This document shows positions 57,166 through 64,000 of a DNA stretch of 64,000 nt, in pieces. The translations under genes were made by a program, and so were the position numbers. Source of the DNA: Verrucomicrobiota bacterium (lineage in GTDB: Bacteria > Verrucomicrobiota > Verrucomicrobiia > Verrucomicrobiales > V1-33); the NCBI GenBank assembly GCA_039795165.1, contig JBDKER010000004.1:48234-112233 (forward strand), read 5' to 3'. Numbering within the stretch: position 1 is the stretch's first letter; each line of letters opens with the position of its first letter. The notes below the pieces were generated by a model that did not search any database, was not told where the DNA came from, and saw only the letters and a program-made list of their open reading frames with translations.

Positions 57166-60100
57166 ATGATGACCGCCCGGCATTCCGCAGTCGCCCTCGC
57201 CCTGCTCGCCCAATCCCTCCCAGCCCAGCTGAAGGAGGGAAACGCAGCAGACGCACCCAGACTGTCCCCGGAAGAACAGCGCGCCGCCTTCAACGCCGCC
57301 CCGGGATTCTCCATCGAACTCGTCAGCAGCGAAGCCGAAGGCACCGAAAAACCGGTCGCCCTTCACTTCGATGACGCAGGCCGCCTCTGGACGACCACGG
57401 CGACGGAATACCCACTCGACCTCAACGACCCCGCCCAGGCCGACGAGGCCCGCCGCAAATGGCAGGAAGGCGGGCGCGACCGCATCCTCGTCATCGATCA
57501 ACCGCTCGGACCCGGACCGCACCGGCCCCGGATTTTTGCCGACGGCCTCGTCATGCCCATGAGCGTCCTGCCGCACGGCAAGGACGTGCTGGTGGCGCAC
57601 GGATCGGAGATTCTCCGGCTGCGCGACCGCGATGGCGACGGACGGGCGGACGACCGCACGGCCCTGCTGCGCGGCTTCGGTGTGCAGGATTCACACACCA
57701 TGGCCCACCAGTTCATGTGGCTCCCGGATGGATCGGTCCTCACCATCCAGGGTGTGCTCGGTTCCGGCGGAATCACGGACGCAGCCGGACGCCTGACGAA
57801 GTTCAACTACGGGAAATTCGCGGCCTTCCAGCCCGATGGCACGGGATTCCGCCTCATCGGAGCCGGCCTCAACAACACATGGGGTGTCCACCTCCAGCGC
57901 AATGGCCAGCTCTGGGTCCAGGAAGCCAATTCCTTCGACCACTGCCTCGCCCCCTTCGAGGAAGGTGCTCACTTCCACGGCTGGAACGAGGAACCATACC
58001 TCCCGGACGCGCCATGGCAGCCGGGCGTCGGCGAAGTCGATCTCGGCAGCACGGGCCTCTCGGGCCTCGCCCGAAGCGAAGACCGCCGCGGCGGCTTTCC
58101 CCCGGAATGGCAGGAGCGCTTCCTCATCGCCAATGCCGTGACCGGTTCCATCAACAGCGTCACCGCGGCACCGGACTCCGCCGGAGGCTGGAAAGTGTCG
58201 CGCGGTCCCGACCTGCTCACCTGCCGCGACCGCCGCTTCCGTCCCGTCCAGATCGCCTTCGGCCCAGACGCCTGTCTGTACGTCATCGATTGGTACAACC
58301 CGGTGATCTCTCATAACGAAGTTCCGCGCAATCACCCGGCCCGGGACAAGTCGAGTGGCCGCATCTGGCGCATCCGTCACGATTCCCAGAACCACCGCAG
58401 CGCCCCAGATGTGGAACGCGCCGCGGACAGCGACCTCCTCCAGCACCTCGCCTCCCCAGTCACATGGGAAATGCGCGCCGCATGGCACCAGATCGTCCTC
58501 CGCAAGGCGACCGCTCTCATTCCCCAACTCCTGAACATTGTCCGCAAGACGGAAGCTCCCGACGACCTCCGCATCCACGCCGTGTGGTCACTCGCCGGAC
58601 TGCGGCAGTGGGACGCGGAAACATGGAGCGCGGCACTCGCCTCCGGAGCGTCGGAACCACACGCCCGCGAACTGATCCGCGCCCTTCGCACGGCATCGGT
58701 CCCTCCCGAGGCCACCGCTCCGTTTCTCTCAAAAGTCGCGGCGTCCCGCCGCGAACCTGCCGTCCTCCGCGAACTGGCCCGCTATGCCCGGCACGCCCCC
58801 GCCATCCCCCCAGCCCTGCTCGCGGAGATGCTCAGGGGGTATGCGATTCCCGACCCCGCGCGCCGTCCCGGCGTCCAGGGGGAAACCCTCACATGGACGG
58901 GCTATCAGCAGGCTTTTCTCAACCACCAGCTGGAACTCGCCATGGCCGCTCAACCGGACGCCGTCCGCCAGTTGACCACCAACCCCGGTCTGCTGACGTC
59001 TCTCCCGGAAAGCATCCGGCCTGTGCTCGAGCGCCGCAGTTATTCGGAACGCTTCGCCGCCGGACAGTTCACTGCCCCGGACCTCGCAAACCCCGCGATC
59101 CGCTCGGCGGCCCTCGCCTGCGCAGAATCCGTTCCGCCCGCCGCCGCTCTTCTCCGCAGCTACCTCAAATCCCCGCCGGATCCCCGGGCCGCCGCCGACT
59201 GGTTGCTCGATGCCCCGGCCAGCACGGCCGCGGCCGCCCGCCTCGCGGCCGCTCCACTCGCCCTCCGGCTCCTCGCCTCGGCCAACCCGGAGGATTGGTC
59301 CAGCGCCCTCGATCTCGCCGCCGTGGCCTGCACAGATGCCCAGCGCAGCGATATCATCGCTGCCCTCCGCCTGATCCCGGAACGCCAGCCCGCCCTCGCT
59401 CTCGCAGCCGTCCGCTGCGCCCTCGCCACAGGCCTCCGCGACCCGGATTTCTTCCGCGGAAATGCCCGCCGCCTCACCGCCGCGCCCGCGGTCCGCGCCG
59501 CCGCATGGCAAGGCTGGTTCCATTCCGCCCCCGAAGCCGACAAGCCTGCCGTGGAAGCCGAACTGCGCACATGGATCGCAACCCTGCCACCTCCCAGTCA
59601 GTCGGAAGTGCTCGAGGAACTCGCCTCCACGGAAACCGGGACCCACTTCGCCCTCAATCACGCCTTCGCCCCCCTCCTCGCCGAGGATGCCTCCCGCCTC
59701 AGCGCCCTAGCGGACGAATTGAGCGAACGCGTGCCGTCCCACGGACGCCTCGCCGAAACCCGCCAGCGCGCGGAATCACTCCGCTCGACGGCAGCCCTCA
59801 CGGAACGCTCGGCCCGCCTCGCCGCAGCCGTTGCCAGCGGCACCCTGACCCCGGACGCGACGGCGGGAGCCCCGCTCTTTGATAGTCTCTGCCTGCCCTG
59901 CCACGCCGCGCAGGGCAGGGGAGTGGCCATGGCTCCACCACTCGACGGCAGCCGCAGCCGCGACTTCGCCGCCATCTTCACTGCCCTCATCCATCCCGCC
60001 GCCGCCGTCGAAAATGTCTTCCGGCCCTTCCACGTCCGCTTCCTCGATGGTTCCTCCGCAGAAGGATTCCTGCAGTCACGGCAGGGAAACCGCCTGACTC

Positions 60101-60252
60101 TTCAGTTCATGGGCGGCTCCACCAGATCCGTCAGCGCCCTGCGCACATGGACCGCCCGCTACCGCAACGGTCACAGCATCATGCCACCACTCGCTACGGG
60201 CCTCACGGACCAGCAACTGGTCGACCTCGCCGCCTTCGTCCGCACGCTCTGA
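57166..60252 (+). CDS. PVC-type heme-binding protein (membrane-bound-dehydrogenase-like beta-propeller + HEAT-like repeats + C-terminal CxxCH cytochrome c domain)
   Basis: The N-terminal block is PGFSIELVSSEAEGTEKPVALHFDDAGRLW, followed by YVIDWYNPVISHNEVPRNH, a long Ala/Leu-rich helical middle, and the C-terminal CLPCHAAQGRG ... MPP. Confidence 0.8.
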   Translation: MMTARHSAVALALLAQSLPAQLKEGNAADAPRLSPEEQRAAFNAAPGFSIELVSSEAEGTEKPVALHFDDAGRLWTTTATEYPLDLNDPAQADEARRKWQEGGRDRILVIDQPLGPGPHRPRIFADGLVMPMSVLPHGKDVLVAHGSEILRLRDRDGDGRADDRTALLRGFGVQDSHTMAHQFMWLPDGSVLTIQGVLGSGGITDAAGRLTKFNYGKFAAFQPDGTGFRLIGAGLNNTWGVHLQRNGQLWVQEANSFDHCLAPFEEGAHFHGWNEEPYLPDAPWQPGVGEVDLGSTGLSGLARSEDRRGGFPPEWQERFLIANAVTGSINSVTAAPDSAGGWKVSRGPDLLTCRDRRFRPVQIAFGPDACLYVIDWYNPVISHNEVPRNHPARDKSSGRIWRIRHDSQNHRSAPDVERAADSDLLQHLASPVTWEMRAAWHQIVLRKATALIPQLLNIVRKTEAPDDLRIHAVWSLAGLRQWDAETWSAALASGASEPHARELIRALRTASVPPEATAPFLSKVAASRREPAVLRELARYARHAPAIPPALLAEMLRGYAIPDPARRPGVQGETLTWTGYQQAFLNHQLELAMAAQPDAVRQLTTNPGLLTSLPESIRPVLERRSYSERFAAGQFTAPDLANPAIRSAALACAESVPPAAALLRSYLKSPPDPRAAADWLLDAPASTAAAARLAAAPLALRLLASANPEDWSSALDLAAVACTDAQRSDIIAALRLIPERQPALALAAVRCALATGLRDPDFFRGNARRLTAAPAVRAAAWQGWFHSAPEADKPAVEAELRTWIATLPPPSQSEVLEELASTETGTHFALNHAFAPLLAEDASRLSALADELSERVPSHGRLAETRQRAESLRSTAALTERSARLAAAVASGTLTPDATAGAPLFDSLCLPCHAAQGRGVAMAPPLDGSRSRDFAAIFTALIHPAAAVENVFRPFHVRFLDGSSAEGFLQSRQGNRLTLQFMGGSTRSVSALRTWTARYRNGHSIMPPLATGLTDQQLVDLAAFVRTL

Positions 60253-60292
60253 CCGCAGCGCAGTTAGGGGGCACTCTCGCCGACAGGTTTCC

Positions 60293-60616
60293 TCAGCTCA
60301 GAAACGAACAGATATACTGGCAGATGCCCTCATCGACCGTGATCGTGAACCCGCTGTTTCCGGGCACATCGAATTCCGTGCCGGCTCCATACTGGCGCGA
60401 CTCGCTCTCTCCATCGAGCACAACACTGCACGATCCCGCGGTCACTTCCATCTTCTCCGGTGCCCCGGTGCCGAAATGATATTCGCCAGGATAGATCAGC
60501 CCAAGGGTCTTCTTCTCCCCGCCCGGCAGGATCACGGTGTGACTCACCACCCGGCCATCAAAGTAGACATTGGCCTTCGTATGGACCGTGACACTGGAAA
60601 AAGATTCGGCTGGCAT
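60293..60616 (-). CDS. ppnP: Pyrimidine/purine nucleoside phosphorylase PpnP (DUF1255)
   Basis: The 107-aa protein shows ANVYFDGRVVSHTV....G.KKTLG.I.PGEYHFGT..PE.M.V..G, a cupin-like pattern. Confidence 0.8.
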   Translation of the reverse strand: MPAESFSSVTVHTKANVYFDGRVVSHTVILPGGEKKTLGLIYPGEYHFGTGAPEKMEVTAGSCSVVLDGESESRQYGAGTEFDVPGNSGFTITVDEGICQYICSFLS

Positions 60617-60709
60617 GATGCCAGGCTCTTCGCCCCGCCGCCCGTCCTCCGCAAGCCCGTCGTGCCCGCCTGATCAATCCGTCCGCTCCCATCCGTTCTT
60701 CCCGGCTGC

Positions 60710-61831
60710 ATGCTCCTCTCCCGCCGCCACTTCCTCGCATCCCTCCCGCCGGCCCTCGCGGGTCTGCGGACGACTGCCTCGGAACTGCCTCCCTTCCCGG
60801 ACCCGGAAAAAGGCATCAGCACAGGCTGGACCATCGCCGTTCTCCCGGATTCCCAGAATTACGCCAAGTTCGCCGCCAATCAGAAGCACTTCGACCGCAT
60901 GTGCCAGTGGATCGCCGACCACCTCGCCCCATGGCGCATCCAGCTCGTGCTCCACGAAGGGGATTTCGTCGAACAGAACGGCATTGCCGAGGGCGGCGGC
61001 CGGGGCTGGGGGGACCAGAATTCGGAACAGCAATGGGAAAGCGCCCGCAGGGCCCTCGCCCCGCTCGCAGACAAGGTCCCCGTCATCCTCGCCACCGGAA
61101 ACCACGACTACGGCATCCGCAACGCGGAGAACCGCGATAGCCGGTTTCCGGAATTCTTCCCGAACGACTGGAACCGCCCACGCAGCGGCAGCATCCTGCT
61201 GGAAGCAGCCCCCAATGCCGCCGGAAAGCACACCCTCGAAAATTCAGCGAGCGCCTTCACCGCGCCCGATGGCCGGAAAATCCTCGTCGTCTCCCTCGAA
61301 TGGGGCCCCCGCCGCGCCGTCGTCGAGTGGGCCCGGGACCTCCTCGCGCGTCAGGAATACGCCAGCCACACCGGGATTCTCCTCACGCACGATTTCATCA
61401 TCCCCGGCGACCTCCGCGATGGCCAGGACGGCAACCGCCGCCGCTCCGGCAACCCCCACACCTACGGAACCGAACGCTCCGGCGATACCCATGACGGCGA
61501 AGACCTCTGGAAAACCCTCGTCTTCCCGTCCCGCAATCTTCATCTCGTTCTCAATGGCCACGAAATGGGCTCGCACGTGGGCCGCCGCACCGATCCCAAT
61601 GCCGCCGGACATTCCGTCCACCAGCTCCTGTTCAATGCCCAGGGCTTCGGCGGTGGATCGGACGAAAAAGGCAACGGCGGCGATGGATGGCTCCGCCTCA
61701 TGACATGGGAACCAGACGGCCGCACCCTCACTGTGCGCACGTTCTCTCCACTCCACGCGGACGCTGGCCGATCCCCATGGTTCAAAGGCCCCCAATGGCA
61801 ATTCCAGCTCACCTTCCCGGCGGTCCACTGA
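60710..61831 (+). CDS. Tat-exported calcineurin-like metallophosphoesterase
   Basis: The Tat-type N-terminus is MLLSRRHFLASLPPALAGL. Motifs are HEGDFVE, GNHD, LLTHD and LNGHEMG. Confidence 0.8.
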   Translation: MLLSRRHFLASLPPALAGLRTTASELPPFPDPEKGISTGWTIAVLPDSQNYAKFAANQKHFDRMCQWIADHLAPWRIQLVLHEGDFVEQNGIAEGGGRGWGDQNSEQQWESARRALAPLADKVPVILATGNHDYGIRNAENRDSRFPEFFPNDWNRPRSGSILLEAAPNAAGKHTLENSASAFTAPDGRKILVVSLEWGPRRAVVEWARDLLARQEYASHTGILLTHDFIIPGDLRDGQDGNRRRSGNPHTYGTERSGDTHDGEDLWKTLVFPSRNLHLVLNGHEMGSHVGRRTDPNAAGHSVHQLLFNAQGFGGGSDEKGNGGDGWLRLMTWEPDGRTLTVRTFSPLHADAGRSPWFKGPQWQFQLTFPAVH

Positions 61832-62549
61832 TCCCAGCACCGGCGCCACCGCTCTCCCGGCAGTCAATCGCCCGCACCTCGGGCAGCTCGGTCACCGCAT
61901 AGAGGAACTCGTTGAGATGCTTCCGCGGCAACCGCAGCCGCAGACTCACGCGCCGCAGCCCGCCGGGCGCTTCCTCCACCGAAAACGAATCGGCAATGCC
62001 CCGGTACTGCCCCAGCAGATACTGCAGCCGTAGCCGCGTCTTCCCACTCGCCGGATCAAAGGTCACTTCCGCATCCACTGTCCGCATGCCCCCAAGATGC
62101 CGGATCTCCCACTTCTCAACCCAGACCAGCACCAGTCTAACCAGCACCGCCGTACCCAGCGCCGGCACCGCATAACCAGCCCCCGCCACAATGCCAATCG
62201 CCGCCGTCATCCACACGGCCGCCGCCGTCGTCATCCCGCTTACGAGCCTGCCCCCATGCACAATCGCTCCGGCCCCCAGAAACCCCACGCCCGTCACAAT
62301 CTGCGCAGCCACCCGACCGGAATCCCCCTGCGGCGTCGTGAAGACAAAGGACACCATCGTGTACACCGCGGCTCCCAGACAGACCAGAATGAGCGTCCGC
62401 AGCCCAGCCGGTTTGTCATGCCGCTCCCGCTCGGTCCCAATCAGCGCCCCGCAGGCAATCGCCGCAAACGCCAGCACGATCTGCAGCCACGGGGCCGACA
62501 GCTGGGGCCGCAGGCTATCAACAATCAGGGAAATCCAGGACATCATCAT
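61809..62549 (-). CDS. mgtC: MgtC/SapB family membrane protein
   Basis: Motifs are ALIGTERERHDKPAGLRTLILVCLGAAVYT and TGVGFLGAGAI. It has a C-terminal ACT-like soluble domain. Its 3' end overlaps the convergent phosphoesterase gene by 23 nt. Confidence 0.85.
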   Translation of the reverse strand: MMMSWISLIVDSLRPQLSAPWLQIVLAFAAIACGALIGTERERHDKPAGLRTLILVCLGAAVYTMVSFVFTTPQGDSGRVAAQIVTGVGFLGAGAIVHGGRLVSGMTTAAAVWMTAAIGIVAGAGYAVPALGTAVLVRLVLVWVEKWEIRHLGGMRTVDAEVTFDPASGKTRLRLQYLLGQYRGIADSFSVEEAPGGLRRVSLRLRLPRKHLNEFLYAVTELPEVRAIDCRESGGAGAGISGPPGR

Positions 62550-62578
62550 GTAAACTCAATTGCCTGCCGCCGCAGATG

Positions 62579-64000
62579 TCAGCCTTCCTTGATCTCCGGC
62601 AGCTTGCCGGCGCGGTAGTCAGCCAGCGATTTCTCCAGCACTGCCCGCAGCGTCCCTTCCGCCCGCGCCACCGCTTCTTCCTGCAGCCGGACCGCTTCCT
62701 CCCGCCGCTCCAGCAGAAAACAAACCCGCGCCAGCGTGTCGAGCGATGCCGGATCGCTCTCCTTCTGAAGTTCCACGCTGCGCCTCGCACATTTCTCGGC
62801 CGCTGCCAGCACGACCGCCCCGGGCTTCGCAAACCGTGTCACCAGCTTCCACGCCACCTCGTTCATCAAGCCCGCATCGTCGGCTGCCTCGCGCCTCAGC
62901 AATTCCGCAAGGCCCGCGGCTTCCGCTTCCCTGCCTTCCGCTGCCCAGGCTTCAAGCCCCAGTGTCCTCATCTTCCGCTGCTCCTCAGGCCCCGCCACCT
63001 CCGGCTTGAGACGTAGCAGAATGCCCGCAGCCGTCCGGTAATCCTTCGCCGCCACCCTCTTCTCCAGATCCGCAAGGGTCGGCTCAATCCGCCCTCCGGA
63101 AGGCCCGGCCGCCGCTTCCCCGGCCTGCCGCACCAGACTCAGCACCCCGCGGGCAGGGATGCCCTCATGCAGGGTCAGATGCGCCACCCCTTTCCCCGCG
63201 GAATTCTTCCCATCCCCAAGATGCGTGATCGTGGCCACATGACTGATCGCATTCCCGCTGGTATCCAGAACCGGGGATCCGCTCGAACCGGGAGCCCAGT
63301 CGGTGCTCACATGCATGCGCAGCCGATGCAGATCGCCTTCCCCGCCTCCTTTACCCGACCAGAAGAACCGGTTCACCATCCCATCCGTGAAATACCCGGA
63401 GACATTCAGCGGACTGCTCAGCAGAAAGGCCGGATCCCCCGGCCGCACCTGATCATTCAAAGGCAGTACCGGAGCCGTCAGCCCTTCGGCACGCAGCAGA
63501 CAGGCGTCCATCCCCTCACTCGCTGCAAGGACCGCCACCACCGGCCACGGCACCCCGGCCGCATCCACCACCACCAACTGTCCCTCCCGCATGTCGGCCG
63601 GTGGCGACGCCACATGATAACACGTGGCCACCACGCCTCCCTCGGCCACCGGATACCCACCCGCCAGATTCAAATGCCAGCGGTCGCACTTCCGGCAGAG
63701 ATAATGCCAGCCCACCGCCAGACGGCTGGCCTGCGCCGACTGCCAAACCTCCGAAGGCCGCAGCGCCGTGGTCCGGCACAACGGCAGCGAAATCACAGCC
63801 GGCTCAGGGAAGGCCAGTCCCGCGGCCACCGCGGCCGGACCCAGCCCAGCCCGCTTTTCCCGCAGTTCACTGAGTTTTCCCAGCAGATCCCGCTGATCCG
63901 CAGCCGCCTGCTCAATCGGCACCCCCGGGGCCTGACCCCGGACATTCGATGCCCCTGCAGCAAGCACGGCGACCAGCGAGACAGAACGGACGATCTTCAT
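62579..64000 (-). CDS. Secreted trypsin-like serine protease with C-terminal helical (TPR-like) domain
   Basis: The ATG codon occupies 63998-64000 on the minus strand and gives MKIVRSVSLVAVLAAGAS. Triad candidates are ATCYHV, GMDACLLR and APGSSGSPVLD. The C-terminal half is Ala/Glu/Leu-rich and helical. Confidence 0.75.
   Translation of the reverse strand: MKIVRSVSLVAVLAAGASNVRGQAPGVPIEQAAADQRDLLGKLSELREKRAGLGPAAVAAGLAFPEPAVISLPLCRTTALRPSEVWQSAQASRLAVGWHYLCRKCDRWHLNLAGGYPVAEGGVVATCYHVASPPADMREGQLVVVDAAGVPWPVVAVLAASEGMDACLLRAEGLTAPVLPLNDQVRPGDPAFLLSSPLNVSGYFTDGMVNRFFWSGKGGGEGDLHRLRMHVSTDWAPGSSGSPVLDTSGNAISHVATITHLGDGKNSAGKGVAHLTLHEGIPARGVLSLVRQAGEAAAGPSGGRIEPTLADLEKRVAAKDYRTAAGILLRLKPEVAGPEEQRKMRTLGLEAWAAEGREAEAAGLAELLRREAADDAGLMNEVAWKLVTRFAKPGAVVLAAAEKCARRSVELQKESDPASLDTLARVCFLLERREEAVRLQEEAVARAEGTLRAVLEKSLADYRAGKLPEIKEG

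Noticed and set aside
1-64000. Search by eye for CRISPR arrays, IS elements/transposases, integrases, prophage genes, toxin-antitoxin or defence-system genes, tRNA and rRNA
   Set aside because: I found no spaced direct-repeat array, no transposase, integrase or phage-like ORF, and no non-coding gap long enough to hold a tRNA-like cloverleaf. The window looks like core chromosome. The absence of small RNAs cannot be proven without covariance-model searches.

Overview
This is a GC-rich bacterial chromosomal segment with strongly G/C-biased third codon positions. I could support about 50 protein-coding genes. I saw no rRNA, tRNA, CRISPR array, transposase or integrase. The gene content points to the PVC superphylum, most likely Verrucomicrobiota: PEP-CTERM tails, a PSCyt/PSD (DUF1549/DUF1553) plus DUF1501 pair, autotransporter-associated beta-strand repeats, a giant LTD/CotH protein and a PVC-type heme-binding CxxCH protein. 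Left part (1-20.4 kb): a porin fragment, secreted hydrolases, an L,D-transpeptidase, rpoN, an M3 oligopeptidase, ybaB, a Kv-type K+ channel, a CRTAC1-like FG-GAP/UnbV/thioredoxin/TPR gene interrupted by one in-frame TGA, a PEP-CTERM protein, two coiled-coil proteins and argD-argB. Centre (20.66-41.09 kb): 20 co-directional respiratory genes. These are alternative complex III actABCDEF, a small ORF, a CcoN-like protein lacking every canonical metal-ligand histidine, a CcoO-like heme c protein, a membrane cytochrome c, aa3 oxidase subunits I, III and IV, two tiny membrane ORFs, subunit II, a strong hairpin, then ctaA, ctaB, SCO1 and DUF420. Right part: mrp/apbC, PSCyt/PSD plus DUF1501, cutC, a duplicated-domain TSP3-repeat protein, a 2146-aa Ig/LamG/LTD/CotH protein, a discoidin PEP-CTERM protein, a heme-binding dehydrogenase-like protein, ppnP, a metallophosphoesterase, mgtC and a trypsin-like protease. 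The most interesting observations are listed here. (1) The ligand-less CcoN-like/CcoO-like/cytochrome c trio lies between ACIII and the aa3 oxidase. (2) The in-frame TGA is followed by a SECIS-like hairpin in a redox-domain protein. (3) A perfect 22-bp TGTGA-N6-TCACA palindrome sits in front of actA. (4) A near-consensus sigma-54 -24/-12 element sits in front of rpoN itself. (5) Oxidase subunit III carries a ~280-aa insertion. All family calls were made by eye from motifs in the ORF track; no database search was run. Canonical motifs quoted for comparison are from memory.
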